In this document: positions 39,030-52,080 of the stretch, one piece after another
Position numbering within the stretch: the stretch's first letter is position 1
Layout of the letters: every line of letters begins with the position of its first letter
NCBI GenBank assembly: GCA_030704615.1
Contig: CM060732.1
Span: forward strand, 2,418,001 to 2,482,000
Source of the DNA: Takakia lepidozioides
Taxonomy: Eukaryota > Plantae > Bryophyta
Length of the DNA: 64,000 bases
Direction of reading: 5' to 3'
The notes under the pieces: generated by a model
The model's input: only the letters and a program-made list of their open reading frames with translations
The model's database searches: none
Told to the model about the DNA's origin: nothing
Position numbers and translations under genes: made by a program

Positions 39030-39623
39030 TCATTTAAGCAACCGTTGAATTCGCCGGCTTTGTGTGCTGCGTGATTCGGCCAGTGCCACCTCCAGTTGAG
39101 CACACACCTCCTTGAGCACACCGTAGTCAGCTTCTAGATGCACTACCCCAGCACTGCTGGCGAGTGCCACAATATACACCGGCCTGGCCTGCTGCCGCAC
39201 ACTTCGGCTAGCCACCTGCCAGACCCTCCCATCATTACAACATACTGCAGGCCACTCTGCTCAGAAACTGGGGCTGCACTGACTAGATACCTACCTGGAT
39301 GTCAAGGCGCCAGTCAATATGATGGTAAGAGTGCACAGTCAAGGCAACCACACCCCGGAGCTCTGGTTGTCGCTCCTCAAACAGGTCACACAAAACCTGG
39401 CTGGCTGGGTCTTGCAGACCAGCATCCGCCAGCAGCACAAGCAGCTGGGAGCGCTCAAGGTGGCAGCGCACAGCATGCGCCAGCAACGCCGTTAGTACTG
39501 CCACAGCCTTCTCCACATCCTCCACAGTGGTCTGTAACACTTTGGCTGCCTTTGTGAATCCTCGCATCCCTCTCTCCCCCTTCAGAATCCGGTTGAGTGC
39601 TATTACCCCAAACTCGTGTGATA
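39030..39623 (-). CDS. COMMD2: COMM domain-containing protein 2 homolog; exons 39623-39295 and 39215-39030, first exon unresolved
   Basis: EFGVIAL...AAKVLQTTVEDVEKAV...SYHHIDWRLDIQ|VASRSVRQQARP...LEVALAE...SRRIQRLLK matches the COMMD2 pattern (SYHNLEWRLDVQLASRSLRQQ...RRVVRNIK). Confidence 0.85.
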
Positions 39624-42169
39624 CTGCAAATCGAACCGACAACCGATCGTGTTACACCTGTTTCGCATACATTGTACCTACCAAAATTAGCAACAACAAT
39701 TTCCCGGGTAGCTGCAGATCTAAGGCATCAGATCTTTACAGGTACTGCTTTCCGGAGGGCGAGCTTTATCAATGCCGTATTATTAAGGGGAAAGTTTTCC
39801 TGGATGTTCGCACCCAATTGATGATCAAGGACCTGTGGTCGCCCAAATGACAGCATACGACCTTGGTCGGATTGTGAAGCTCAACTTGACCTCCGAGCAC
39901 TGGCCTGGAGAGTGACAACAAATCTTTTTGTAAAAGGAGCTGGACAAGCGTGCATCCAACAGCACGGGCATTAAAAACGAAACCCACGCTTGAGGTAAAG
40001 AGCAGCGAGCTTGTCTTTGAGCTGCTAGGTTTCATTATCCATCACTCAACGCAGTGATACTCGCTATAGCTGTCTTGCCCCTACAATCTCGCACAAGTAG
40101 AGAATCTTCCAGATCGACATTACCAGCTGTCGAGACATACACATGCAGAAGAGACAGAGAGAGTGGTGGGCACAGGACAAGTGTACTCTCGAAACTCCCT
40201 TCCAAATGTACAACAGAGCCAGATGAGAAAAAAGTGGACCACGTGAGAATCCCACCTGCAGCGTCGGCCGTCCACAAGAAGCTGGGGCACGCCGTAGCAG
40301 CCATGGATCCCCACTTAGATCTGGGCTGCTTGTTGGCTGTCACTACACTTGCTGCGATGTAGGTAAGAGGTATAGGTGGATGGAAACTCCGAACAACACA
40401 GCACCTGGGTCGGAAGACGGATATTCGGAGTATATGCACATCCATGTTCCCGAAGGATCCCCTGTAGACATCTATATCTACTCTCAATCCATCCAAAAGT
40501 TGGTTAACCCCAGCATGGAGCATTATCGATCGCACTATCCTCGTTGAGAATAGGTATGGGCCCCACCCACATGAGGTCCTCGTTCTCTCCCTGCTCTCCA
40601 CCTCTCTTCAGCTAGCCGAGCGGAGCAGAGTGGTTCTGCTTTTGGGTTGAAGGCACGATGGAGGAGGTGTGTAAATTGTGAGCAAAAGATGGCGAGGAAC
40701 GTGACCAATGCTGAAGGAAATGGACTCCTGTGGCGGTGGTGCCACTGTACCTCTCTACCTCTCTCACCCTCACGCCTCTATTGTGAGGTCAATGTACGCC
40801 TTCTCGTCTCTTGGTTTTGTGTAGACTTTTGTACACGTAGCTCTGCTTCTCTCTTTGCATGCTTGTACTGCACACCTTCCAAAAACTCTGACAACAGGTT
40901 GAGCATGTCCGTACTGAACCCCCGATCTTATTGAAGTAGCTGCCATTTAGTCAGCGCTGCCTGACTGTTTCTGATTATGTGAGAGACCCGAATGAGTTGC
41001 CATATGTATCTTCAGTCTATCCGTTGTATAGAGAGAGATGGATGCTTATTTACGTCTCTTTGTTGGGTGGGAGACTCTGCTTTCGGAGAAATACCCACCA
41101 CTTGAGTTCGACTAGCCCATTGCAACTAGGGGGCAAAGCATTTTGATCTAATCCTCAATGTCGAGCGCCAGTGCCATAGATTTATTGGGTCCCTTTGGAC
41201 AATTGTCAGTCACACTGAGTAGGCAGGAGAGATGGACTCATCACCTGTTCCCTGCGAACGATGGCTAAGATAAAGCTGCAGAATATATTCTTCGCGGAAT
41301 ATAATACCCCCTTGAGCTAGTGGTCGCTTTTTCTTCGCAGCAGGTATGGAAATGAAACATTAAACTTTTGTGCATATCCAAGGACATATCATATACATGT
41401 AAATCAGTATTGACTGCTCCATATGACCATTCCTGTTGCTAGAATCTGTCATGTTGACTACTGCAGAACTGCTCAGACTCCCAATCCATTTTAGCATGGT
41501 CTTTGATTGGGTAAGCTTCTGAAGGTAGTAGGCCCTACTTTCCAGAACTCCATGTGTGACTTGCAAGAAGAGGTTTGATTGATCTATGAAACGAACATTG
41601 AGCGGACTGTGTCACACCTGCTCATTATCTCTCAATATGATTTGTACATCACGGCGGATCTGTAAGGAAATATGGCACTTCAGTTGTGAAATCTCTCGAG
41701 TAGGTATACAAACTGTTGCTTTTTTCGAGCAAAAAAGGAAGCTATGCTACCATGGAAAATTTTGGTGGTTTGGTGTACACTTCGTCAGCTCAATATGGAC
41801 ATAAGCATCAATATGGCCTCTGCTTATGGTGGTTACTTGTGTGGGGGTTATCTGTGGTGGCTTGAGGGAGCAGGCGACATCCAGCAACAAAGAAACTGCC
41901 ACACGCTCCCTCAAAAAATTAAGAGGTTCTCTTTCTCTCCCCCGCCACCTTGTCCTCTCACTCTGTTGTCGCAAATACTTGCTCAAGAATGAGATCTCTA
42001 CACAGAAAAAAGATTGCTGCACCATTGCTGTCTGGGACTAGTTGATGTGAGCGGCTTGGTTTTGCTTGTGTGGGCCATTGCTACGTGCATCTCTTCAATG
42101 GCAGAATGTGAAATTACTAGAACATGTGTAAATCTGTAGTCAGACAGATGGAGAGAAATGAACGTCCAC

Positions 42170-44230
42170 AGAAAGCTCAAAGAGCTTATGGGACGAGAAA
42201 TTATGAAACGAGAAAGAGAGAGAGGCCCTCCACAAGCAGCCCAAAAACAACTATTGTTCAAGTGATTGCCTAAGAGTGAATGCCACATGCAGATATGCTG
42301 CATTTCTGATGCTTGTAATGGAAGACATCTGTAAGTGATTGGGTACTTGGAATAGACAATAGAATCTCCCTTGGATCTCATGGTAGAGAGGACAGTGAAA
42401 AATTGTTTTTTTCCTGTTGTTTCCAGTGCGAGTGGCACAGGCGGTCCTCATGTTGCAGGTTGTCACACCTACCAGTTCCTATCGGCAGACTGTGGGAGCC
42501 CACCCTAAACCTTCCCTATGCCCTTAGAAGAATATTCTCATAAGAAGTTATTTGCCGGGGCCATAGACCCCTCAACCAGTTTTTGCGGAACAGAAGGGAA
42601 CAGATACTACTTTTGTGAGGAGCTCACTCCGGTAGTGTGACTTACCTTGATAATGGCAGTTAGTTTAGGTTTTCCAGATATCCTCTAGAAATCCCTTCAC
42701 ACAAGCATCAACATGCTGTGAGGACTTGGGGGCCATTAATAAGCAGCAAATCTAGTCTATTTACTTTCTCTAGTGATGAACTACAAGAAACAACTTCACC
42801 TACAGGCACTACGAGATGAGCTGCCCAGCAATTAGAGACCCCTAAAGGGCCAGGGCTTTAGGCTCAGCCTCAAGATTTTCAAAGTTGGTGAAGAGAGGTG
42901 GAGGGACAATGCTCTTGATGGTCCTGAAGAGCGTTAATCTCTGGTGAGAATATCCCAGACAAAGCGTGAGAAAATGGATATTGTCTTCAGGCTACCCAGC
43001 ACATCGGGCAATTACAATGTCCTCTTCCTCTCTGCATCTGTTTATTGTTCAAAGGTAGGCTTTCTGCCCTGAGTTTAAAATTCAGTCTACTGCCAAGGAA
43101 ACAAGTTTAGGGGAGTTCACGCCTAACTTCATTTTCATTGGACAGTCTTTGGGCATCAGACATGGCTTTGGACACAACCCCCTCCAGGACAGCTTCATCT
43201 AGTAGGGTCAATTCAAATCACTTTTTGTATATGCGCATCACAGTTACAGTTGGAGGAAAAGTCAACACCAAGATATGTGTAGGAAGGGAGTACAGGGATC
43301 CTTCATTACCCCATTTCCCTTTGAGATCCCCTCCTGCCTCCCCCCAACGTTGAATGCCACCATTGTGCATTTACTAATATTTGCTAGTAGCCTCCACAGG
43401 TCAAAGAACCTCTTTGCACAATGAATCAACTCCTGGAGATTTGATGGGGTATCCCCTAGGCCTATGAAGTCATCCGCAAACATAAGAGCTGGTATGGTGG
43501 CATCACCCACCTTTAGCCCAAACCCCTCACTTTCCACATCTTCAAGAAGCTGATTTGAAGAGCAGCAGGGAGAGGGTACAACCTTGTGCTGCACCTTGAT
43601 CAATATCCAAAGAAGTTAGACATCTGTCCGTTGACTGTAACACATCTTTCGGTGTTCGGATACAGGTTGTGGACCACCCTCCACATCTTTCCCCTGACCC
43701 CAGAAGACCGAAGCCATAGCCACAGCCCGTCCAGCCTATAAGCCTTTTTGACATCCAGGAAGAAGACAAAAGTGGGCTTTCCTTCTTTTTTCCTTACCTG
43801 GATAATCTAGCTTAAGAGTGAAAATATGGGCGGTGCAGCCCCTAAGTCTCTGAAAGCCAGCCTGGCCTCATGAAAACCACCTCTAGACTCCAGATCAACC
43901 TCAAGACGGGTGCTTATTATCCTACAAAATAGCTTCCCAACTGCGCTAAGAAGCGTGATGCCGCGATAGTTGCCAGGCTCTTATGTGTTGCGTTTCTTAT
44001 ACAGGTTGACAATGACTCCCTGTCTCCAACGAAAGGGAATCACTTCAGTTTGCCAAATAAGGTTAAAGAGAAGGGCAAGGGCCTCTACCATAGGCCACCA
44101 CCATACTTGATTAGCTTGTAGACAATGCCATCAGGTCCACCTGCTTTATAGTCACTTACATGCTTTGCAGCTTCCACGACCTCAGATGAACTAATGGGCT
44201 GGTACCGAGTACCAAGAATGTCTCCCTCTC
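42170..44230 (-). mobile_element. Decayed LINE (RT plus C-terminal region), interrupted by a SINE
   Basis: KAGGPDGI, EPGNYRGITLLSAVGKLF, QGAAQGCTLS, ALMFADDF, then KFKLRAESLPLNNK; many frameshifts. Confidence 0.85.
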
Positions 44231-44238
44231 TATTATCA

Positions 44239-44561
44239 GGAGGAGGAGGAGGAGGAAGACTCCTGCCAAAGCAGGCGTAACTTATGGTGTCACCTCACGC
44301 CAAAGGGCTATTGCCTTCTGTTTGGAAGGTGGACACCTTCTAACGGCTGTAACCGGGGCAACCCGGTTGCCAAAACCTCCCCCAAGGACTTGAAAGTCCT
44401 CATGTACCCACAGATTAAGAGACCAGTTGACCCTGGACCCCCAATTTTATAGCTGGCTTGGCTATAATGGTGACATCCAACATACACCTATGGGACTTTG
44501 AACCCATGACCACTTGTAAGGTGGCCTTGTTCCCTAACCACTGGGCCATCTGTTGGATGCT
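44239..44561 (-). mobile_element. tRNA-derived SINE with (TCC)n tail, sharing its 3' domain with the SINE at 23746
   Basis: A box TGGCCCAGTGG, B box GGTTCAAAG, 12-bp TSD TCTCTATTATCA (44227-44238 and 44562-44573). Confidence 0.85.
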
Positions 44562-46916
44562 TCTCTATTATCAAATTAAGTGAAGACTATTGTCTATTCT
44601 AGGATAGCCAATTCTTACCTGCAATCTTCCACTACGAGGACCAGAAATGCTTGGCCATATATCTACAAAGAGCTCTGGACCTTAGCAAATCTGTTGATGT
44701 TGAGTAGTTGTTTTTGGGCTGCTTGTGAGAGCCCCACTTTCTTTCTTGTATCCTGCTTCTTTTTCCATAAGCTCTTTAAGCTTCCCGTGGACACCAAAAA
44801 GTTTCTTCCTTTCTGACCCGAGCCCTCGCTATATCTGTCAGACTCACAAACAAAGGTTGCAAGACCTCCTGGTATGCAACTTTTTTGTGCGCAGCAGACT
44901 CTCCATTGCTTCCCTACTGCCACAAGATATGGAGGGGGTGGAAATTGCCGCAATAGATGGTTCTTCAGTCAATCTCACTCTATCTTTCTAGTAGCTACGG
45001 CAAACAACGTCTTATGAGTACAATCTATCTTTCTAGTGCAAGCAGGCTCAAATGGTCAACATGCTCCTGGGCCATCTACCAGTAGAGATTCGCAAGCTGT
45101 GAACCCACCCTGAATCTTCCCAATGCCTGACATGAGCTCGAGATAGAGCTGCAGACAAGTAATTTGGCTGTAAGATTCGGTTGTTGTGGTGTCGTGGTAG
45201 AACTGCAGCTTTGTTGTAAAATTCTCTTGTTTCCATTTACTGGACGTTCCTGTCAATGAGCTTGTTGCTGTCATTTTTGGAAGAAATTTCCAGCCCGAGT
45301 ATTTTGTGGCAGTATCCTACTCGAGTGTATCTGGAGCATCCAAGTGGTGTAATGGAATGGTAAAAAGCTTAAATGCCAATCAATCGGAACGAATGAATAA
45401 ATCTTATGTATGTTCCTTGGGAGAGATTAGTGTCCCACAAGTGATAAAAAAAACACACCCTCAACCATGAGTCCCTCTACTTATCATACCACTTCTCTAG
45501 CCTCACGGCAAATCACCGCTCTTAACAAAATATGTCTTACGCGGACAAAGGAACACCCTAGTGAATATCAAGAACGGACCAAGAAAGAAGAAAAATACGA
45601 ATGCGCGAATTGGTTATATTTGCTATTTTAATTTCTAGTGTTTCAAGTTCAAAACAAATCTCAATTTATAATGAAGAAGTTATTGTAGCTTTAAGTTTTG
45701 TAGGTTTTGTTATATTTAGTCAAAACCTTTGGTGAAACTTGAAAAGCTACGCTCAAAGAAATTGGAGAGCAAGAGGTCTTAAAACCAGCTGCTGTGAGTC
45801 TCGTAGAGGTTGTGAGTGCACGGACTGGCAACCACTTGCAGGGGAGACATGTCAGTCTTGTCAAGATGATTGTTAGTCAAAACATGGCTTTGAGTTCGAG
45901 TGGTATGCTAGCAAATTCAGCTCTTATATGGTGTTGTTCTCTAGCCCCACGCATGCCTTGAAGGTAAGATGCCTGTAGGGGTTTCAGATATTTCTCCCAA
46001 CAGGAAACAGGGATCCCAGGGGCACAGAATCACAGCCATAGACAGTGGCAGGAGTGGCAACCAAGGGGAAAAGCCACTTTGCAGGTTTATTTGTTAGCGT
46101 CGTGTAAGGAGGCAGCCTTTCTCTTTTCAGCCTGTCCTTGTATCCCAGATTTGTATGATTTAACATGAAATGGAATTTCCAATCAACCTGGCCAATAGTT
46201 TGTTGAGGTTTGTGAACTCCTATAAATGCACAGGTGGTTTTTGTAGGAAGACGGTAGATTATGCCAGGAGGACCACATTGTCAGCATAAGGAAGCACTGA
46301 TTGTGTTGGAACCCCATCCAAAGGCACCCCCACTCCATAGCAATGGAGCCCTACAACACGTGTATGTATAGGCCAATAGTGATAGAGGACAACCTGTTTC
46401 ACCCCAACATTGCTATGCACTTACCTGAGAACTCCACTGCCACCTTCACTGTGCAATGGCAGAACCATATATGCATAAAAGGCCAGTATGATGTCGTCAG
46501 TTACCTGTGTAGCTTCTCCAGAAGGAAAGGAAGAAGAAAACAAAAGAAAAGAATTGGTACTTTATGACGTCCATGGAAAGCTCAAAAAGCTTATGGGACA
46601 AGAGAAAGCATGAAACAAAAAAGAGAGTGGGGCGCTCAATAAGTAGCCTGAAAACAAGAAACTTTATGAAGTAACAGGATTTGGAGTTTTGCCCTGTGAA
46701 TATCTGTGTATGTTGTCTGGTTGATAAATTGATGACATTCTGACACTCATCTGTGGCAGCCCAGAAAGATTGTGGGGCCTCCTTGTGCCCCTCTGTGGGC
46801 AGAGAAGAACAACCAGCTTTACTATGTGCTTGACCAGGTTATCCTGCAACCAATTGCGCTTGCTGGGAATCAAATGCAGCTCAAGTGTTCCTGAGGTCGA
46901 CCTAGGGCTGTAAAAG

Positions 46917-49799
46917 ATGGAGAGAGTGCCAATGCGATCTGCTTCACGTTCGACAACTATGACCCACCTCTACCTCTCGCAGCATGCCTCCCGCAGTAAC
47001 TTCAGACTGCTGGAATTTAGGGCCACATGTGTCTCAACATCAATCATCTGTTGTACTACAGCTTCAGCCATATCCAATGCTTGGACCTTAGATCTTGGAA
47101 CAGGGGTTACCATGCGGAGGCTAGAACTGCAAGGCGGTAGATGCAGGAATGCTCCTTTGTGTGCAGAATTGAGGGGTGCTTGTTGGGGCCTACCACCGAC
47201 AGTTCCAAGAAGGCGCAGCTTAAGGTTGGTGCTTTCGGGTAAATGTGCCAAGAATATAGCTGTGCGACATACATCTGTGGAGTTGGTGGCGGTAGAGGTG
47301 CAACAGGAACTTGCCACATCAGAGGTGGTGCTATTAGAGGTGCAGGGCATGATGTGTGGTGCGTGCGTCGCACGCGTTCGCAATTTGTTGCAATCGCATG
47401 AGCAGGTACAGTCAGCTGCAGTAAACATGCTGACGGAAACTGCAGCCATCCGCCTCCATCCCGTATCTGCAGACAGCAGTGGGAACCTGGGCACTGCCCT
47501 TGCTGCTTATTTGACTCAATGTGGGTTTCCTTCCAAGCAAAGGGAGACAGGGAGTAAGGAGGAGAGTGTTAGAAACAAAAAGCAAGATCTGACTAGGAAG
47601 CGACAGGAGTTAGTGCGCAAGAGCACAGTTCAGGTGGCATTTGCATGGACACTTGTGATGTTGTGCTGTGGCACACATGCCACACACCTGCTGGGCCTGC
47701 ATTCACACAGCCACATGCTGGGATTTTTGCATGAGCCACTCTGGAAGTGTTCTATCGCCTCTGTCACTCTCCTGGGACCAGCTCGTGAACTCTTAGTCGA
47801 TGGTGCCAAGGCTTTAGGGCGGCGGTCCCCCAACATGAACACCCTGGTTGGCTTTGGAGCTTGTGCTGCATTTGCCATCAGTGCTGTTTCTCTGGCAAAT
47901 CCAGGTTTAAATTGGGATGCTTCCTTCTTTGATGAACCGGTTATGTTGTTGGCCTTTGTGTTATTGGGACGATCCTTGGAGGGACGGGCACGTGCACAGG
48001 CTTCCAGTGACATGCAGGAGCTCCTGTCGTTGGTGCCTTCTAACTCGAGAATGGTAGTTCCTGAAATTGATGAAGTGGAAGCAGGGGATGAGATGGTGTG
48101 GAGCAAGGATACCCTGATGCAGGTGGATACAGAGCAAGTGCGGGCTGGCGATTGTGTGCTTGTTCTGCCTGGTGAAACCATCCCTGTTGATGGGAAGGTG
48201 GTGTCTGGGAGGAGTGCAGTGGAGGAGGCTATGCTGACTGGTGAACCCTTGCCTGTGCCAAAATCCAAGGGTCACTTTGTGTCCGCAGGAACCATCAACT
48301 GGGAAGGTCCTATCAAGGTTGAAGCCATGGCTACTGGGGCAACCTCTTCTATCTGTTCTATTGTCCGACTTGTGGAAGAGGCACAGGGACGGGAGGCACC
48401 AGTGCAAAGGCTGGCTGATGCGATTGCAGGTCCATTTGCATACACAATCATGGCTCTCTCTGGGGCCACATTTACCTTCTGGTATACCTTGGGAACAAGC
48501 CTATACCCAGACGTACTGATGAACAATACCGTAGGGGCTGATGGAGATGCTCTGCTTCTAAGCTTGAAGCTTGCAATTGATGTGCTCGTAGTGGCGTGCC
48601 CATGTGCACTTGGTCTGGCCACCCCAACGGCTGTTCTTGTTGGCACATCACTTGGGGCAAAAAGGGGCCTCTTGTTGCGAGGGGGGGATGTATTGGAGCG
48701 CTTGGCTGGTGTAGATACCATTGTATTTGATAAAACGGGAACCTTGACAGAAGGGCGCCCCAGTGTGGCAGGGGTGGGTGCTGGGAAAGGCTTTGGGGAA
48801 AATGAAGTGTTGCTACTTGCTGCTGCAGTGGAGAAGCACACAGCCCACCCCATTGCGACAGCTATTGTAACCCAAGCTGAAAGGCAGTTGCTCGAGTTGC
48901 CAGGCACGCAAGGTCAACTCACTGAACCTGGATTTGGGGCTCTTGCAGAAGTGGATGGTCGTATTGTAGCTGTTGGCACATTTGCATGGGTTCGTGGTTG
49001 CTGCAAAGAGGGTGTTATCGTGGGTGCTTCGCAGCAGGCCATCAATGAATGGGAACTGACAGAAGCCCTGGCACCAAGGGCCAGCACATCCTGCTTGGAG
49101 AAATCACAGACAGTGGTTTTCGTTGGGGTGGAAGAGCATGGGGTGATAGGGGCAATTGCTGTGACTGATAACCTCCGCAAAGATGCAAAAGAGACAGTTT
49201 CCAAATTGCAGGGCAATGGATTACATGCTGTGGTGCTTTCTGGTGACAAGTGTGAGGCAGTGGCAAAGGTCACAGCAGTTGTGGGGATCTCAAAAGAAAG
49301 TGTGCATGGCGAGTTGCGGCCTGAGGACAAGTCTGCTTTCGTCTCTTCCTTGCGCGAACAAGGTGCTTCGGTTGCGATGGTTGGAGATGGGGTGAATGAT
49401 GCTCCTGCACTGGCATGCGCTGACGTGGGTATGGCCTTGAAAACACAAGCTCGTGTGGATGCTGCATCTGATGCAGCTGATGTTATTCTTCTTGGTAACC
49501 GCCTTTATCAGGTAGTGGAGGCCATCGACTTGTCACGTGCAACTATGGACAAAGTCTACCAGAACCTCGTGTGGTCTCTTGCTTACAATGCCATCTCGCT
49601 TCCTCTTGCTGCTGGAATGTTACTTCCCAGCTTTGATTTTGCACTTACACCCTCCCTTGCTGGTGGGATGATGGCCATGAGCTCTATCATCGTCGTCACT
49701 AACTCACTGTTGTTGCGTCTCCACCCTTTTCATTCACATCCTGAGGCTCGTTCCCAGCAGCGTGCCATTTTGTCAAAATCACAGCAAGCTGAAGCATGA
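46917..49799 (+). CDS. HMA8: Copper-transporting P1B-type ATPase, plastid PAA2/HMA8-like, intronless (true start may be a downstream ATG)
   Basis: HMA motif [62 protein letters not shown]; N-terminal extension compatible with a transit peptide. Confidence 0.92.
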   Translation: MERVPMRSASRSTTMTHLYLSQHASRSNFRLLEFRATCVSTSIICCTTASAISNAWTLDLGTGVTMRRLELQGGRCRNAPLCAELRGACWGLPPTVPRRRSLRLVLSGKCAKNIAVRHTSVELVAVEVQQELATSEVVLLEVQGMMCGACVARVRNLLQSHEQVQSAAVNMLTETAAIRLHPVSADSSGNLGTALAAYLTQCGFPSKQRETGSKEESVRNKKQDLTRKRQELVRKSTVQVAFAWTLVMLCCGTHATHLLGLHSHSHMLGFLHEPLWKCSIASVTLLGPARELLVDGAKALGRRSPNMNTLVGFGACAAFAISAVSLANPGLNWDASFFDEPVMLLAFVLLGRSLEGRARAQASSDMQELLSLVPSNSRMVVPEIDEVEAGDEMVWSKDTLMQVDTEQVRAGDCVLVLPGETIPVDGKVVSGRSAVEEAMLTGEPLPVPKSKGHFVSAGTINWEGPIKVEAMATGATSSICSIVRLVEEAQGREAPVQRLADAIAGPFAYTIMALSGATFTFWYTLGTSLYPDVLMNNTVGADGDALLLSLKLAIDVLVVACPCALGLATPTAVLVGTSLGAKRGLLLRGGDVLERLAGVDTIVFDKTGTLTEGRPSVAGVGAGKGFGENEVLLLAAAVEKHTAHPIATAIVTQAERQLLELPGTQGQLTEPGFGALAEVDGRIVAVGTFAWVRGCCKEGVIVGASQQAINEWELTEALAPRASTSCLEKSQTVVFVGVEEHGVIGAIAVTDNLRKDAKETVSKLQGNGLHAVVLSGDKCEAVAKVTAVVGISKESVHGELRPEDKSAFVSSLREQGASVAMVGDGVNDAPALACADVGMALKTQARVDAASDAADVILLGNRLYQVVEAIDLSRATMDKVYQNLVWSLAYNAISLPLAAGMLLPSFDFALTPSLAGGMMAMSSIIVVTNSLLLRLHPFHSHPEARSQQRAILSKSQQAEA

Positions 49800-51084
49800 T
49801 TCTCGGTGGTGTTACCTATTGCTCCTTTTATGCCTGATGGATGCCATGCAGGTATGGAATTTGTGTTTTTTCTACGAATTCCCGCGCGTGGCGTTTATTT
49901 TTGTACATTTTCGGATAGTTCCCATTATGCACGACACTGCCAGACCCAACAAAATCATATTGTGGAATTAAATTGAAGTTGTCTCCAACCTTCTATGTAG
50001 GATCCAATATCAGAGGATTTCCGTGGCTTACAGCAGATTGCACACACCTGTCACCGAGTGGTCATGTAGAGTTATGGTCGTTCACATGCCTCCCATAACT
50101 TGGCTCCAGTACATGTGATAATTTGGCATGCACTTCTCACAAGATATGGAGGTGGTTGTCATGCAGAAGAATATAAAGCTCATCCATACGCATGCTTTGG
50201 GGAAGAAAACATCACCTATTTCTACCACACCATAGACACCATAGTGGAGCAATGCCGAAAATTTTAAATTGATTTGTCATTTTCAAAATAGTGCGAAGCG
50301 GGATTGTGTGCTCATGGTGTCGTGTACTTAAGCATCGTGCCACAACATACATCGTTGTCCACCACACATTGTAAGCACACAATCCTCGAAAGCTATGCTT
50401 AGCCCTAGCCTTCCAAGTGAAAATCCACTCTATAACATAAACTAAGTCAAGCCAAGGTCACATTTGTTAAAGGAATCCACCCTACAAAGCCCTCAACACA
50501 CTCCTTCTAGTCAATACCTAGAGCTATGGAGGTGAGAGAGCCTCATGGAGGCTGAACTACAAGAAGATGAGCCTCCTCAACCCTCACAATGGGAAAACCT
50601 ATCCCCATGTCCCAAGTGAGGCTTGACATCTCACTTGGCATATGAGGCCTCCTAACACACAAAATACAAATATAGATATCCAAGATGTCCTAATTAACTA
50701 GAAGTAGGTAATTCTAGTTAACCATGACTAAAACCATGATAGCTGTCGTGCACCTAAGCATCGTGCCACAACATACATCGTTGTCCACCACACATTCTAC
50801 GCACACAATCCTAGAAAGCTATGCCACAATCGCCCCTCTAGCTGGTGACTAGGTCCCTCTAACACCGGATAGCCGACAAGTACTGATCATAATTGCATCA
50901 TTCAACCGCACATGTTTCAATTTTCTAAAGTCTATGGATCAAGAGGTGCCCGGGTGCAAAAAGAGCCTTGTCGTTAGTCATATGCTTGCAATCCATGATA
51001 TGCACATGAGTATCCATGGCGTTGAACTCCCAATAGATAGACCTGGGGTTTTTGTCAGCCTCCCCATTGTCATGTCCATTACTT

Positions 51085-52080
51085 TTATCCAAGGCATCGT
51101 GGGCACAACCATTCTCTGCTAGGAACCTCCTCAAGTGGCAGTGTTAGGCACCTCATGTGTCACCCCCTTGAGCATTTGTCCACACCAACATGAGCATGCC
51201 CACATAGCATGCAACGCAACCCTGCAGGTACCACTGCAAGGTTGGGATCTATCTTCCCATCCACATGTGGAAGGTGACATGGCACACAATTGTGCACATG
51301 GTCCTTCCATACCATGTCATCTCGACCCTCCAGATCAACACTCCTGAAGACAACACCTCTCGTATCCGTAGAATCACACGTCCTGTTGTGACATCCAAGG
51401 TCGTTGGTGTTGTCTGCTGCAGATACACATAGTCCTCGGGGATGAATCTCCGAACCCCCAGTCGATATCTTCCTCCACGTATAGTCGCACACCTTAATGT
51501 GTCTCGGTGTTGGGCAATAGTAAAGTTCTCAAAAGCCATATGCATGACTTTGAACAACTATGTCCGCTGGTCACATATTTGTGTCCACACATCCGGATCA
51601 TCAAGGTTGAGGACTACTGCAGCCTCCCTGCGAATAGATGTAGACAAATCTGGCTCTCGGCCGAAGAGAAGAAAGTAAGATGAGAAGGAGGCAAGTGACG
51701 CTTGACCCATAGCCAACCAAGGCAGCTGAAGGTCCCGATCTCCCAGGTGTCCCTTCTGCAAACCGTACTTGCGTAAACCCCTCTTAACTGTCTGAACGAC
51801 TTTCTCTGCCAAGCCATCAGCCTCGGGATGATCCCGAGAAGTAGTGCGGTTGTCTATCAAGGCTTGTTCACACAAAGCCTGAAACTCCCCCACGAATTCT
51901 CTGCCCTGATGTGTAGTACCTCGGCTGGAGCATCAAATCGATTAAGCCCTCGATCTAAGAATGCATACGCAGCCCCCTCACTTGCCTTGTCAGGCAACGC
52001 CACCAATTCAATCCATTTGGAGAAATGTTCCACCATCACCAGCACATACTTGTTATGGCGCATCATCAGTGGCAATGGGC
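51085..52080 (-). mobile_element. Integrase-PHD fragment of the same Gypsy family (copy 3)
   Basis: Colinear with 12818-13815: NKYVLVMVEHFSKWIE, HPEADGLAEK, CMLCGH...WLCPRC. It is followed by a PPT-like AATGGGGAGGC and TG at 51057. Confidence 0.9.

Noticed and set aside
40035-40601. 188-aa ORF upstream of COMMD2
   Set aside because: No recognisable domain; could be UTR or unresolved exons.
46970-49467. Long antisense ORFs over the ATPase (and similar ones over the PPR and pol regions)
   Set aside because: Shadow ORFs of real coding sequence with no motifs of their own.
39030-49799. Copper gene cluster (COMMD plus Cu-ATPase)
   Set aside because: The ATP7 link is best established for COMMD1 at endosomes, while this ATPase looks plastid-targeted; proximity is probably coincidental.
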